Shown here in pieces: positions 17,870-34,135 of a stretch of DNA of 64,000 bases (its first letter is position 1; the number at the start of each line of letters is the position of its first letter). Position numbers and translations under genes: made by a program. Origin of the DNA: the human T2T-CHM13v2.0 reference genome, Homo sapiens. The stretch is taken from assembly GCF_009914755.1 (NCBI RefSeq), contig NC_060933.1. One strand, given 5' to 3'. Below the pieces are notes generated by a model that was not told the DNA's origin, did not search any database, and saw nothing but the letters and a program-made list of their open reading frames with translations.

Positions 17870-18550
17870 TTATCAACAAAGGGACCACTTGCAGATCTCT
17901 GAACCTCCTCTCTTCAGTTTTCCCCTCTCTGAATCCTCAGCAACTCCCCACAAACTCAACTGTCTGTCGCTTTCTCTGTCTTCAATGTATCGGTATCTGA
18001 AAAGGGCTTCCAGCAGGGCGTGGTGGCTGGCTCACGCCTGTAATTCCAGCACTTTGGGAGGCCTAGGCAGGTGGATCGCTGGAGGTCAGGAGTTTGAGAC
18101 CAGCCTGGCCAACAGGTCGAAACTCAGTCTCTACTAAAAATACAAAAATTAGCTGAGAGCAGTGGTACACCACTGGGGTGGCTGAGGTACGAGAGAAATG
18201 CTTAAACCTGGGAGGCGGAGGTTACAGTGAGCAGAGATCATGCCACTGCTCTCCAGCCTGGGCGACAAAGTGAGACTCAGTTTCAATGAAACAAACAAAA
18301 CAAAGACCTCAATAAACCAAAAAAGGGCTTCCAGATACAAAGCCTCCAATATCATAAAGGCTAATTTTGTTTTGTTTGTTTTCTTTCTTAGGAACCACAG
18401 TTATACTGCTATCCAGTATCTGAAAATAAATGTTTCCTATATTTTATTCAGTTTTCTAGTTGTTTGTTTATGGTGGGAGGGCTAGTCTGATATTAGTTTT
18501 TCTCATGACAATGGTGGGAGGGCTAGTCTGATATTAGTTTTTCTCATGAC
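17870..18550 (-). mobile_element. Ancient L1M 5'-end remnant, interrupted by an Alu
   Basis: tattttattcagttttctagttgttt...ggtgggagggctagtctg resembles old L1M 5'UTR and a related copy at 21100-21505. Confidence 0.45.
18013..18320 (+). mobile_element. Alu (AluS-type) with a small right-arm deletion
   Basis: Alu dimer flanked by perfect TSD aaaagggcttcca (18000-18012 / 18321-18333). Confidence 0.93.
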
Positions 18551-18551
18551 A
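18470..18551. repeat. Perfect 41-bp tandem duplication (2 copies)
   Basis: atggtgggagggctagtctgatattagtttttctcatgaca at 18470-18510 and 18511-18551. Confidence 0.95.
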
Positions 18552-19169
18552 AGATGTAAAAGACCATGAATATTAATATTGGCACATTTAATTTGTATAA
18601 AACTATATTATAAAACAACTGTTTTATTACTTCAAAAAAATCCAAATGATTTTTAATTGGATTAATTTCCTTTTAAGTAAATAATTCACCATAAAGAGTG
18701 TTACTTTTTTCCTTAAATATTGTAGTGCTAATAAATTACAGAATCAATCATGTGAACTAACAATGTATTTTTATCTTGTTCTGGACTTAAAAGTGAATGG
18801 TTTTAATGAATGTTAGTTTATGATTGGAATTTATTTTCTTTAACAAAATATTTTAAGAATATTAAGAGAAATTTCATTTTTTCTAATGTCTTCTATTACA
18901 CTATTGCTTTACTAAACCATTCTGGTATTCCTGAAATAAATTCTACTTGATAAAAAGGCATTTATTATTTTTTAATAACTAAATGCTAGTATTTTGTTTT
19001 GGAATATTTGCAATTATATTCGCAACTGAAATGAGCTCATATTTTTATAATGATACATGGTTGTGGAATAGAGTTACATTGTTTTGCTAAATGAGTAGTG
19101 GAATTGACCATTTGTCCTTTACTTTTACAAAATTTATATGGAAATAATAGAATAATTTTAAAGAGCAAA

Positions 19170-20450
19170 TTCTTTTTATTGTTTCAATGAGGTATAATTG
19201 ACATACAATAAGCTCTACATACATAGAGTGCACAATTTAAGAGTTTTGGCTGGGTGCGGTAACTCATGCTTGTAATCCCGAGGCCGAGGAAGGCGGATTG
19301 CTTGAGCCCAGGAGTTTGAAAGGAACCTGGGAAACATAGCAAAACCCCATCTCTACAGAAACTACAAAAATTATACTGGCACAGTGGAGTATGACTGTAG
19401 TTCCAACTACTTGGCAGGATGAGGTAGGGGTATCGCTTGAGCTAGGAAGGCTGAGGTTGAGGTTGCAGTGAGCTGAGATTGTGCCACTGCATTCCATCCT
19501 GGGTGACTGACAGAACAAGACCTGTCTCAAAAACAAAATGCATTTTGACATACATATACACTTGTGAAACCATCACCACAATTAAGATAGCATCCACACA
19601 TCATCTTGTTCATTTGCAATCCCTTACTCTCCTTCTCCTCTGCAGACAACCATTGGTCTCCTTTCTGTCACTATAGATTAGCTTGTACTTACTAAAGTTT
19701 TACAGAAATAGTATCATGCATTTTAAATTACTTTTTTAACACAACAGTTATTTTGAGATTTATCCATGTTGTCCACATTTTATTGTTTTCATTGCTGATT
19801 ACTAGTATTTCATTCCATAGATATATTACAATTTGTACTACTGATAGAATTTTGTTTTGTTTAGTTTTTGGCTATTATAAATAAAGCTTCTATGAATATA
19901 TGTATGCAAGTTGGTGTGTGGACATATGCTGTCATTTCTCTCAGGTGAATACTTACTTAAGAGTAGAATGCTGGGTCATAGCATATGTGTATGTTTAACT
20001 TTTATATAAACTTCTAACCTGTTTTTACAAAGTGGTTGTATTGATTTAGATTCCCATCAGCAGTGTATAAGAATTCCAGTTGTTCCAGGTCCTTGCTAAC
20101 ACTTGCAAGGTGTGTGTAGGATGTTTATAGTAGTATCTGATTGTGGTTTTGATTTGCATTTACTGCATACTGACAAAGTTGTGCATTTTTTATAGGCTTG
20201 TTGGCCACTCCTATTCCTCTTTTGTTGAAGCATTTGTTAGATTTTTTGAAAAATTTTATTTTTTTTTACTAATAATTGAGTTGAAGAGGTTTTTTTTATA
20301 TTTTTTAAATGAAAGTCCTTTGTTGGATATATGTTTAGCAAATATTGTTTCTCAGTCTGTGACTTGTTTTATCATTTCTGTAATAGTATCTTTGAAAATT
20401 GTTCTTAAAAATTTTGATTAAGTTTAATGTGTTGATTTTTTTTATAGTTT
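19170..20450 (-). mobile_element. Old L1M (L1MB/MC/ME-type) 3' region, interrupted by an AluJ
   Basis: tgaggtataattgacatacaataag...tgtgaaaccatcaccacaattaagatag...ttcccatcagcagtgtataagaattccagttg. Confidence 0.7.
19248..19540 (+). mobile_element. AluJ
   Basis: ggattgcttgagcccaggagtttga and aacatagcaaaacccc are AluJ-type diagnostics. Confidence 0.88.
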
Positions 20451-20455
20451 GTTTT

Positions 20456-20746
<291 letters not shown>

Positions 20747-20769
20747 TTTTTTTTTATAGTTTTTTATAG

Positions 20770-20985
20770 CTGCCTCCTGGGCTCAAACGATTCTCCTGCC
20801 TCAGCCTCTAGAGTAGCTGAGACTACAGGTGCACACCACCATGCTCAGCCAATTTTTTGTATTTTAGTAAAGACAGGGTTTCACCATGTTGCCCAGGCTG
20901 GTCTCAAACTCCTGAGCTCAGGCAATCTGAATTCCTTGGCCTCCCAAAATGCTAGGATTACAGGCATGAGCCACTGTGCCCAGCC
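20770..20985 (-). mobile_element. Partial Alu (3' part of right arm missing)
   Basis: tgcctcctgggctcaaacgattctcc...gagccactgtgcccagcc. Confidence 0.9.
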
Positions 20986-21099
20986 TATTTATTTTATTTT
21001 TTACATATTTTTTACATATAGTTGTTAAAATGATTATCTTTACCCATTAAAACAGCCTTTTAGGGTTTATTTTCTCCTGGATTTTGGCAAGTTTCCTTA

Positions 21100-21505
21100 A
21101 ATACTTAAGCTCAGTACTTAGCTTGAGACTAATGGGGGAACTATCCTGGGTGCTCTCTCTCTCTCTTTCTTTATTCCAGCTAGATCTATAGATTTGTCAT
21201 TTCTGGTACTCTGCTCAGCAAACTGAGACCATTTTGGCCACCCCAAATTCTTAACACTTTTTTTCTTAGGCTCTGTTTGGGTTTCCTTTGCCTGCACTGC
21301 ATCCTGGAAATGCTCCAGGAAGTGAGCTGAAACCACGATGGGTATTACCACATTTGTTTTCTTCTCATACAAGTTACACTTCTGCATTTCCTCCTGTCCA
21401 ATATGTGCAAATTATTGCTTCACATATTTTGTTTAGTTTGCTTTTAGTAGTTTACTTGGGAAGGGTCAGTGTTACCCCATCATGGCAGAAAACAGAAGTG
21501 ACCTA
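21100..21505 (-). mobile_element. Ancient L1M 5'-end remnant
   Basis: Ends ccatcatggcagaaaacagaagt, like the reverse complement of an old L1 start (acttccg...caagatgg). Confidence 0.5.
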
Positions 21506-21588
21506 AAAAACAAAATTTATTATCAAATTGGTTTTATACCTAATGTTAAGATAATATGACACACTTTAAAATTCTTCCATGATTACGT

Positions 21589-22119
21589 ACGTCCTCAGCC
21601 AAAAGACAAAATGGACGACCTATGGCTAACTGAGGTGCTGAAAGTTAAAACAAAAGTAGGCAGCCACAGCGAGGTGAGGGACTTCTCATGTACTCTGTTC
21701 TCAGAAAGGTGTAAAAGTGTAACAGGACCTCCCTTTCCACAGTCAGGCCAAACCACTGCCTCTTGTCTGTGGCAAGATAAACTACAGCCAGAAACACCTC
21801 CTCCCCTCACTCCCACACACAGGACCTTTGACAGAAACATCTTACAGTGACTTATGGTTTGGGGCTTAGAAACCAGGTTAGCAGAGCCTATTTAGAGAAA
21901 TTAGAGCAGAACAAGTTTAACTTCTTCATTTGCATGGATGCACCTAATTGAGAATGAAGGCAAGAACTTTCCTTATTTAAGCCAGACCTTTCCTTTGTTC
22001 TTTGGTGAATACAATTTCACTTGTACTGAAGACTGTTTCTTCCCAATCTTCAGGTTAGTTTTTATAGAAAATAAAGCTCTACTTTTTTCCTCCACAGAGC
22101 TTATGGTCTTTTCTTAACA
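21589..22119 (+). mobile_element. 5' LTR (MER67-like)
   Basis: gacaaaatggac...aaagttaaaaca...aaaagtgtaacaggacctc shared with the 3' LTR; AATAAA at 22070; ends ...taaca. Confidence 0.8.
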
Positions 22120-22124
22120 TTTCT

Positions 22125-22142
22125 TGATGACGAGGATGGGAT
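22125..22142 (+). other. Primer binding site complementary to tRNA-Ser(GCT)
   Basis: tgatgacgaggatgggat versus TGGCGACGAGGATGGGAT (16/18), 5 nt after the LTR end. Confidence 0.75.
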
Positions 22143-23201
22143 TTGAAGTGGCACCCTTGCTTTTTCCCAACACTATCTGGACCAATGCATTTGCACCTGC
22201 AAGAACCCCTTGAGCTCACTTATCTTCCTGGCTGCACCAGGGAGAAATGAGGTAAGGCCCCTTGGACCCAATATCTTTTGTTCTTAGGATGAGGTTTTTG
22301 GCACTTTATTATTTCAGTGATTCTTCCCACCCAGTTCCACAGATTACCCACTGATGGAGTATACCCACACTTTGTTGGGTACACTCACACTCTGGGCTAC
22401 ACTCATGCTATGTAGGGTGTGCTCACACTTCAGTTTTGTGTGGACACTTGCTCTTCAGTTGCACTCAAAGGGACTGCCTTCATAATATGAGTCTATTCCT
22501 GGGAGTACTTGTTTTTTTTTTTTTCAGGGGATTTTGGGATTGCGCCTTCCAGCCCTCTTCAGGAAACATCATCTGTAAAAATTTATTCTAAACCTAGAAA
22601 ATTATACCCTTCACCTTCCATGAAGAGGCAGCTGGTTCAACTTGCAATTAAAATAAATCTCAAATTGTCTGCCTTGAGTGCCCTGAAAGATTGACAAAAT
22701 AGCAATCCATCCTACAGTCTATAGGCTAAAATTCTGTGCTTTCCTGGCTGTGGCACAGGTTTGATTTCTGATCAAGGAACCAAACCCATTTTTTTAAAAT
22801 TGTTTGTATGACTCTTGACCTTTTGGCATACCCTTTTGTTATTGATCCTATCCCTTTCCAATGGAAACTTTTGACTTCCAGTCTTTTCCATCTGAGGTGC
22901 ATGTGGGGCTTTTGGGTCTTTAAGTATAGGTGCTCTGTGAGAAGCAGCTGGGCCCTAAACAACATGGCTGGACAGATGTCAGTTATATCCCATTTGAAAC
23001 TACTAAGACTTTTCTCTCTTTGAACTCCCTTTGGGTGGTTCTAGATATTGCAAGGACTACTTTATAAATCTGTGGAGATGCCTAGTTCATCTTAGTTTTG
23101 TCATGACCTTTAGTTTGTCATGACGTTGGTTAAGATAATTCACTTGAAAAGATACTTTTGGTGTTTTTAAAAAAGCTACATAAAGTATTTATAAAATATA
23201 G

Positions 23202-23992
<791 letters not shown>

Positions 23993-26454
23993 GGCCTGCA
24001 GCTAAAATAGGCTTACTTCTTTTGCAGAGCTATCCATGCAAAGTCCAGACATAAAAAAATGCTTTCTCCACCCTATTAAAGGGCTGCACCCTGAAATCTG
24101 TAATATAATCAAGAAATAAGCCAAGTTTAAAAGACGAGCTATCTAACTAAATTGGTCTCCAGTACTTTCTGGAATTTAGCTGGCTGTTTGGAAAGTCTTG
24201 GTAAGAAACAAACATTTTCATCTATAAAAATAATCTCCATTTGCAAGGACATCTCCCTCCCTGCACCTAAAGCACTAGAAACTATTGTTTTCATGTTTAC
24301 ATAAAAGACCTTAACTTTGTTTAAGATAGTTTTCCTGGCAATCTAGTCTTGATTGGACCTTGTCCTTGATTGTCTCAGCAAATAATGTGTTTGGATCTAA
24401 GGTCTGTGCCTTTGAAATGTAAAATTTCACCTAAGAAATCATGTTTTTGGAAATACAGATTGAGTTACCTTGCTAATAATCATTTAGAGCTGTATAGTCT
24501 ACAAGGAGGAAAAAAAGCTACATGAAAGCTGGCGAATGAAAAATCTTGTAAGGCTATATGATCTGCTTCTTTGTACCTGCATGTCTATGTATTTATATGT
24601 GATTTGTGTATGTGATATTTCACTATTGAAATATATGAAAGAACTCTACTTGGCTTAAAGAAAATGTAAACACTTAAATATTTCACCAGGAAAATAGAAA
24701 CTAACTCAAATGCCTTTAAGCTCAAATGACTTTGGTGATGTTTGGTAAATAAAACTACTTTAAAATTGTTGGCAAAATAAAATTAGAATGTCCTCAAAAT
24801 TGTCAGTATTAAGTATAATTCAAGCATTTTGCCTGGACTTACTCATTATACAAGTTTAGGCTGCTTTTGATAGATGTTTTAAGGTCATAAAACTGTTGTT
24901 CCTGTACTATTTTTGATACTTGCTTTATTTATCTGTGAATTAAAGCTGTAAAGTTTCGCTGCTGGGCTCCTTCAAAGTCTTGCACACATCTTACTCAGTT
25001 TGTCTTTGAACAAGCCCATGAACTGTGGGGCCTAGACAGGTGGCCATGGTGGGACCTGGGGACATGTCTGAAGTACCTGGACCACCAGCTGCAAGGTAGA
25101 GTCAAGCCAATCAATCATCCCTGACCCAGCTTTGCCTCCTGAGCATGCTGAGTGAGGTTGGATCCTAAAGGTATCATCTTCATAGCCCTGTCCTCTATCC
25201 TAAGCTCTAAGCCTGGTATGTAAATTCAGAACCCTGACTGGACCTGCCCTTCATTATCACCTGTGGGTGCCACGTGGGTACATGAGACCCAGGACAATTG
25301 GAAATGGAATTAGAAAAGTTACCCATGTCATAGTTACAAAAGTATTTTTAGTAATTTAAAATCGTAAAGTGTGTTATGTCAAATTAACTAATAGATACTC
25401 ATGAAATGTCAGAGTCATTTTTAAGTAAGTTTAAATATTGGAACACTAATTATTAAAGATAAGATGAATGAAGTTTATATATTTTGACATCTTATTTTTA
25501 TATGGTATAGAAAAGCTAAATATATTTAGAACTGTTTGTTAATAAAACGTTGAAACTAAAATTCATGAAATGGTTTTAACCTACAAATACTGGTTAAAAA
25601 ACAATTCAAAATTACTTACTTTCTAAGCTTTTTACTGGAAATAAGTGTAGCTAAGAGTTAAAATTGCAGTTCATATAAGTAACTAAAACTACTAGATACT
25701 AGAGAAACAGTTCACTTTACAGAACATATGAAGGAAAGTAGGAGCCATTTTTGGTAAACCAAGTTAAAAAGAGTAATATTTTTTCTTTTACATGAGGGAG
25801 AACTTTGTATGGTCAAAATGATGAGGGGAAAGTAGAGTACATTTTTGTCCTAAGGTAGAATGCCACACACACAAAAACTCAGAAGTATAAGACAAAAATA
25901 AGACAAAACTAAAGGTTTGAGTAAGTTGTAGAAGGTGTGTGAAAAATTAATGAAATGAATTTTGTGTGTGGTCAAGTTGGCTAAAATGGAAAGAAAATTA
26001 TAAAATTACAAGTTTTCCTAAAAACTGAACATTAATATCAAAAGCACATTGATGCAGGGCTAGAGTGTGTGCCCCTGTGTTGAAACAAAAGGGTTTTCTT
26101 GAAGCATTAATTTGCCCTCTAATAGAAAATTGTGAAAAGTTTTTCTTTACCTTTGAGGTAACTGGCCTCTAAAACAGATTCCATTTTGTGCTTCATCATA
26201 ATTTCTTGTGCTTTATACCTTTAAAATCTTTTGTAACTTTGGTTTTATTTCATAGTGATCTGTGATCCTATTGCCAACCAATACTTTACTTTAAACTTTT
26301 GATGTTTGACAAGCTTCCCAAAATTAAATTTCAAATTCCAAAATCAAGTCTTTTGGACATTAACTTAGTCATAACAGAAATACCCCAAAATCCAGGAGAG
26401 ACATACTAAGCTTATTCATTGTGTTTAAATCATACAGGAAACGCTGTCAAATAG

Positions 26455-26770
<316 letters not shown>

Positions 26771-27337
26771 CTAAATGTATTGTTAATGTGAGTTCCAAAA
26801 TTGTATGCTATATCTAAATTCATATTTATCTTGATATATATTATTTGCCATAATCATAGTTATTATATTAATGTCATATGCCACAGAAATAACCAAATGT
26901 TTTTGCTAATTGCATCTTTAACCATGGCTACTTTAAATTTTTCTCAACCACATTTATTTTCTTAAATCCTTTTCATACTAAGCCTAAGCACCTAGCTCCT
27001 CTTTAAAATTGTTTTATTTGCTTGAATAAATGTTTTACTAGTTTGCCAACATCAATTTGACTGCATACTTCCAGGTCTTATCCATAGACTTACCAGATGC
27101 CACTGAATAGCAGTAAGATACACTGAATTAAATCTAGCAGGTGCCTGCCCATCTTCTCACCTTACACTTGACCAAGTTGTTCAAACTGACCACATATCTC
27201 TCAGCCACATGAGTCCCACCAAGGGAATAGGTGGACCCAGTGCAGTTAGCCACATCATTCTGGCAACAGTATGGAACAAAAACATAAGTTGATCATCAAC
27301 ACTGCCTATGACAGGTTTCCACTAAAAAGGAGGAAAA

Positions 27338-27872
27338 TTTACCTTGGCCAGTGGACAAAATGGACTCCCCATGGCTACTGAAATGCTCAAAGTTAAAACA
27401 GAACCTGGTTGCCATAGCCGGGTAAAGGAGTAGTCATATCCTCTTGTGTTCCCGGAAAGATGTAATAAAAGTGTAACAGGACCTCTGTTTCTACAATCTA
27501 GCCAAGCCATTTCTGTTGTCAGTGCTAAGACAAACTGTACTGCACCTGGAACCCCTCTCCCCTCAATCAGCTGACAGAAGGAAAAGAAACATCTAACAAA
27601 GAACATTTGTCAGAGATTTCTAGTTTTTCAGTTGGAAACCACGCAATCAAGGACTATTTCTACCAATCAAAATGACATAAGGTTGAATTCTTTATTTGCA
27701 TAAACTGCCTGATTGAGGACTACCTATTTAAGCCAAACCTTCCCTTTGTTCTCCAGAGAGTACACTTTCTGTGCCTCTGAAGGCTGTCCCTCTCCAATCT
27801 GCAGATTTTTAAAATAATAGAAAATAAAGCTTTACCTTTTTTCCTTATGTATCTCATGGTCTTTCATTATCA
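27338..27872 (+). mobile_element. 3' LTR (MER67-like)
   Basis: Follows the PPT; homologous to 21589-22119; AATAAA at 27823; ends ...tatca. Confidence 0.8.
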
Positions 27873-30775
27873 GTTTTGTTTTTTAACTTATGAGTCTGGT
27901 TTGGTAATCAATTTCTTTTCCTAAAAAAGTAGTTAAATATGTTAATGTTGATTCACATGAAATTGTTTATATTATGTTGCTTTTAAGTAGCTAGCAAATC
28001 TCTAGTTATACCACCACTCTCACTAAGTTCTGAGATTTTGTGTTTGTTTCTTATTATTATCTTTGGTAGATTAAACAGGTTAGACGCTTGCTTATTCTAT
28101 TGCTTGTCTCAAAGATATAGATTTTAGCTAATTTTATCTAATTGACTGTTCTTTTTTAAATCAATTTCTGCCTTTATCTTTATTGAGTGTTCCTCCAAAG
28201 TAGTTTTTGCTTGTTTTATTGTCCCCTTCTTTATTTCTTAAATGGTATGCTGAAATTAAGTTATTGCTTTTCTTTGTTATAGTGCCACCTATAGCTACAA
28301 CCTTTCTGATTTGATATTAATTATTGTCATTCATTATTACTGCTTTCTAATAATCTGTATGGGTACTTTTGATCTGCTGTCTAATGAGAAAGTAATTTGC
28401 AAGTGGTATACTTTTGTTATTTTTTTTACAACTTTTATCAATGTTTTCTAAATTCTCAAATGTCAATAATTTTAAGATAAACCATCAATTTAATAATGGT
28501 TGTTTTGGAGGGAAATAATTAAATGTGATTCATACTCCAGTTTGAATGTAATTTTTCTTTATATTCTCTGATTAAAGAATCTTTTGAATCCTTTGGCCAT
28601 CAAAGTTATGTACATTATCACATAAGACTTCCTTAAATCATGGCATTTAACAGGCAACCTTTTTTATAAAAAAGATACTTTATTTTAATTTCAATGCTGT
28701 ATTACTAGAATATTTCAAAAGGCATTTTAAAGTAAAAATTCGTTGTCCAACTTTGGGTTTAAATTCACATCATGTATTGTTAGTTTACTATCACAAATAC
28801 AACTGCATTGGAAAAGTCAGACTTAAAAAGTACAAGCAAATACTCTAAAAAGTACAATCAACTTTATTCTTATGCCTCTCCTTTCACCTATTCAAATAAT
28901 TTTCTGGAAGCTATTTATTTCTATTCTTCCTTTTATGTGAAATGTAGAGCAAGTCTCATGTATGTCTTTTTTTACCTCCTTTTAGGCAATAAAAACCACT
29001 TCTGTTAAGAAAAATAAGCATTCTAATGTCATAGTCTACATTTAAAATTCATTCCATGTTTCTCTTCTCCCCTTCCTTAGATCTACTTAAAACAAGTCTC
29101 TTGGACTGAAAATATATAGTGTTCAAATTCCCCCGTCTCTAGTATCTTGGTTTCTCTCGTAAGGTTAAAACTGGAAAAGAGGAGGCTGTATCAGTGGGTA
29201 GGATCTTACCTCATGGTTTTGTTGGGGTGTTCAAGCATTGACTTCTTCGGGTTTGGCAGATGTTGAAAGTTTACTCTATTTTGGCTGATGGTTTCGTTAT
29301 CAACCTCCTTCTCTTCCTCTCACTATGAAGTAAATGTATCTCCTCCAATTGGTAGCTCAAGCAGTTTTCTTGCCATCTATGCATTGGCAGTTCACCTCTA
29401 GCTTCTTTCTGCTGATGGCAGCTTCATCCCTCCAAGAAATTATAATGGGCACCATCTAAGTCAATTCCAGGACTATTCTTTCTCAGACTCAAATGAGAAA
29501 TCAATTCCTTAAGATGTTACCTCTATCCGAAGCTCCAGGGTAAACATGTGAAATTCTGAGTGTGATTTTTTAACATCAATTTTCCCCTCCTAAGGTAGAA
29601 GAAAAGCATTCCTCATCTTAGACCATGGGAATTCTATGCACTCTGAAAGTCCTTTAAAATTTCCATCTCACCTTCTCCATCTACTTCATAAGCTAGATAT
29701 CTGTGGTTAGTTAAGATCTCCAAATTAGTGTTCAGAACCTACACGATCATGTCCTGCTTTATTGACCATCAACTTCCCTTTGAAATTCTGAGAGAAGCTG
29801 GTACATTTTTCTTGGAGGCATAGCTGAAACAGAGATAGAGTTACATTTTAGCATTTTTATTAATATATTACTATTAGAGATATTTAAATTGAATAGATGA
29901 CTATGTTAAGAGTTATTTTAAAACCATGTATAGTTCACAGATGTACAGGAATTGATCATTATCTCATGACTTGTACTTGTGTGGCAGCTACAAGTTTAAG
30001 ACTCACCTTAATTTAGAAAATCTAAAATACAAAAATTTGTAGAATTCAGGATTGAAAAAATATGGCCATTTTAATTTCTATAATACTACAGTTAGACAAT
30101 ACAGCCTGAACAATTACTGTTTTGAAATTTATTGAGGTTGTCTATGTATTGCTTCCCAACAATTTTTACATTGTGGCATAAGAGTAAATTGCAATGATTA
30201 TATGCTACACCAAGATGAACAGAGATGCGACTGTTCACCTACCTGCCTAGAGAGCTCAGGGAATCAATATTTGAACACATCTGTAACTCCTAAGTATTAG
30301 TTAGCAAGCTCTATTTTAATGTGTGATCAATTTCTGGAATACATCGTATTGGAAATGTTCATAATTTAATATATATGTCTTAACATTCTAAACATTCTCC
30401 AGCAGTGTTTCTTTTGCCTATTTGACCCTTCAAAGAAGGAAATGTGGGAAAGATTCCCATAGCTATTGCATGTAGGCCTATTTATTTATGTGTGCTAACG
30501 GTATTTTGCTTTCTGCTTTTCAAAGCTATGGTATTTCTTAATACTGATTCCTGATTCCTAGAATTTCCCTGTAAATTTTAACATTCAGCTATAAGCTATT
30601 GCATTCTAAGGGACAGCCCTTGAAACTGATTAGGAGAAATATCCATCAAATAGAGTTCCTTAACTTGGAAGTGCTGCAGTAAGTGGATGATATGTGAGTT
30701 GCCTACTTTGAAGAAGGCAGTGTTTTGGGCAGTATTTTGATAACTAATAGAGATTTTGGTATTTTTATGTATTAG

Positions 30776-31170
30776 TGTATTAGTTTCTTAGGGCTGCCAT
30801 AATTAAATATCATGGCTTAAATAATTTTATTTTCTCACAGTTCTGGAGGCTGAAAATCCAAGATCAAGGTGTCACTGGGTTTGGTTTCTCCTTAATTCTC
30901 TTTTCTTTGCTTGCAGGTGGCTGCCTTTTCACTGTGTCTTCACATGACTTTTCATCTGTGTAAGAAAACCCCTGCATGTCTTTGTGTATTCAAATTTTCT
31001 TTTCTTATAAGGACAGCTGTCCTTAGATTGGATTAGGGCCCACTCTAATCAGCCTCGTTTTAACTTAATTACACTTTATACACCCTATTTCCAAATATAG
31101 TCACATTCTGAGGTACTGGGGCTTAGAGATTTAATATGAATTTTGGGGGAATACAATTCATCCCATAACA
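30776..31170 (-). mobile_element. MLT1B-type MaLR solo LTR
   Basis: tgtattagtttcttagggctgccata...cacagttctggaggctg...cacattctgaggtactgggg...cccataaca. Confidence 0.85.
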
Positions 31171-31484
31171 GTGAGGAAAACATTTTAGGGGACATAAAGT
31201 AGTCATTTACTATTATTATCAACCATTACTAATTTTCCGTCTAATAACAAGACCTTTCTCTCCTCGGAGGACCGCATTTCAGGCTTTATTAAGAGATCAC
31301 CTCTATCTTCCCAAGAGTGGGCACATATCAAATATCTGGCCTATCGGAATACCAAATCTCTCTCGCTACAATGATTTCTTCTAGGTTAACACATTATTCA
31401 AGCTAAAATAGTGTGTGTCTTCATTGTGCCTTGTTAACTAGAACCATCAGGAAAGACAGTTCATTTAGAGAGATAAGTTTAGAT

Positions 31485-31845
31485 TGTACATTGGCAATCA
31501 ATAAGCACACACAAAACATTATAGATGTAACATGACAAAATTTTACTTTTTGCCCAAGTTACAGGTTCAAAAAAGTGAGATATTCTCTAGAGAATATTTT
31601 TTTATGTGATCACTCAGCAATCTATGGAGCTTTCCTTCATCAACAGGAAGCTACCATGCTTCCCACAACAAGGAAAATGAAGGCTAGAGGGATGTGTACT
31701 GAATTCTCCCTGCTTTAAACTGGAATTATTATTTCTCCTCACAGTCCATTGGCCAGAAATAGTCATATGGCCCCACTGCTACTAGAGGGCTGAGGATGTT
31801 GGGGAGCACATGGCTTTTGGATGAGAAATAAACATTTTTTCCACA
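31485..31845 (-). mobile_element. Old MLT1 (K/L-like) LTR remnant
   Basis: tcacagtccattggccagaaatagtcatatggcccca...gggctgagga is typical of old MLT1 elements. Confidence 0.5.
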
Positions 31846-32755
31846 AAGTTTATGAATAACATAAGGTGTAACTGCTGTATTTCATGGTTAAATGAATAAA
31901 GCAATTTTCATTAGGACACAATGAGGTCAACATGCAAAGAGAAGCAAAAATATGTAGAAAGGAAAGACTGAGGCTAAAGACCGTGGACCTTAGTTACTTT
32001 CTTTTAGTGTCTTAATTAGTGTTACCTTCTGAATAGAGCAGTTCTGTGAGCCAATAAAAATAATTATTATTATCAATATTATTTTATTGTTAGTTAAGTT
32101 TGCATCCAAAAGCAACTGGTAGAGGTCTACCTCATTCAATATACTGATATTATTATTATTATTATACATTATAATTATGTTTTATGTTTTTCTATTAAAC
32201 TTAATTTGTGACACTTGCTTTGAATGTTTTATTCATATATTACAATGTTTTAAATTTAATATTTACCTTGTTTCAGGGCTTATCTCTCTTTTTTTGGAAC
32301 ATTCTCAATTTGTTATATATCTTTTGATTTAGTGAAACCTTCCTCATTCTCCATTTTGTGCTTCTGGTTTGGAAACAATGCATTTATTTTTATTAATGTA
32401 GTGAACACTATAAAGTCTTTTTTTAATTAAATAACTACAAAGAAGAAAATCAATTTCTTGATTTTTATATCTGAAAATGAAATGGCTCTAGAGTGTTTTA
32501 ATCATTTTTCAGTTTCTACATTAATTTTGTAAAGTATTTTACTCATTTGAAGTTTTGTCATTATTTTAATTTACCTTATGCTTAGCATTTATTCAGAATG
32601 ACCATGTTTGCAAATAACTCTACCCAGTTGTTTTTATGTTTATTCTTTTTCATATCACTCCTTTTCTTGATTCATGTTCCTAAATTCACCTGTAGTGTTG
32701 TAAACTACTTAAGTCTGAAAAATCTTATTTCACCTATACTCATTTCAGAAGTTTA

Positions 32756-33417
<662 letters not shown>

Positions 33418-33631
33418 TTACATTATTACTTTCTGATATTAACAGTTCTCTGCTTTTTTTAACCGTTCTCAGGTGCCAATGGGAGATTGTTATATACTAT
33501 ATAGCTAGTCAAAGTGGTAGGATTGGAAGCCATGTGTGTAATGTCACAATACCATACTGTACATGTTAAGCACATGTGCCAGAGAATCGTAAGGATTCTT
33601 GGCCAAAAAGATCTAGATAGAAACTGAAGTC

Positions 33632-34135
33632 TATGCAGAAAAGTTAATAAAGCAAACCTAAGACTGCTATGTTTAGAAATGCCAGCTTGCAAGGTTAACC
33701 CTTGGCTGGCATCTGGAAACTTGGCTGGTAAACAGTTTCATACATTGATATAAAACTTACCCTAACTAATAAGAGTGGCTTGCTGTGCCTAAACTATTTG
33801 TACAATGTGGTTGATGGTAAAAACATGCTTTCTTTCTGGGAGTCTAGAACTTTGATACATGCTAGGCAGGTAATACCTACATAAGCAGACCCCAATAAAA
33901 GCCTTGGTCACCGAGTCTCTAATGGGCTTCCTTGGGCAGAAAATTCCCACAGCTGTTGCTGCATTTTTATTGCTGATTGAAGTGTGTGCTGTCTGTGACT
34001 GCTCATGGGAGGAAGAAAACATGAGACCTTTAAATGGACTCTTCCACATGTCTTTTTCTCTTATGATTCAGCTGTATATCTTTACTATAGCACATCGCTG
34101 TAATAAATCTTAGCCAAGAGTGTAGCTATATGGAA
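33632..34135 (+). mobile_element. MER68/MER77-group LTR
   Basis: tgcagaaaagttaa...gactgctat...gcttgcaaggttaacccttggctggcatctgg...tctgggagtctagaa...gctgtaataaatcttagcc. Confidence 0.7.
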
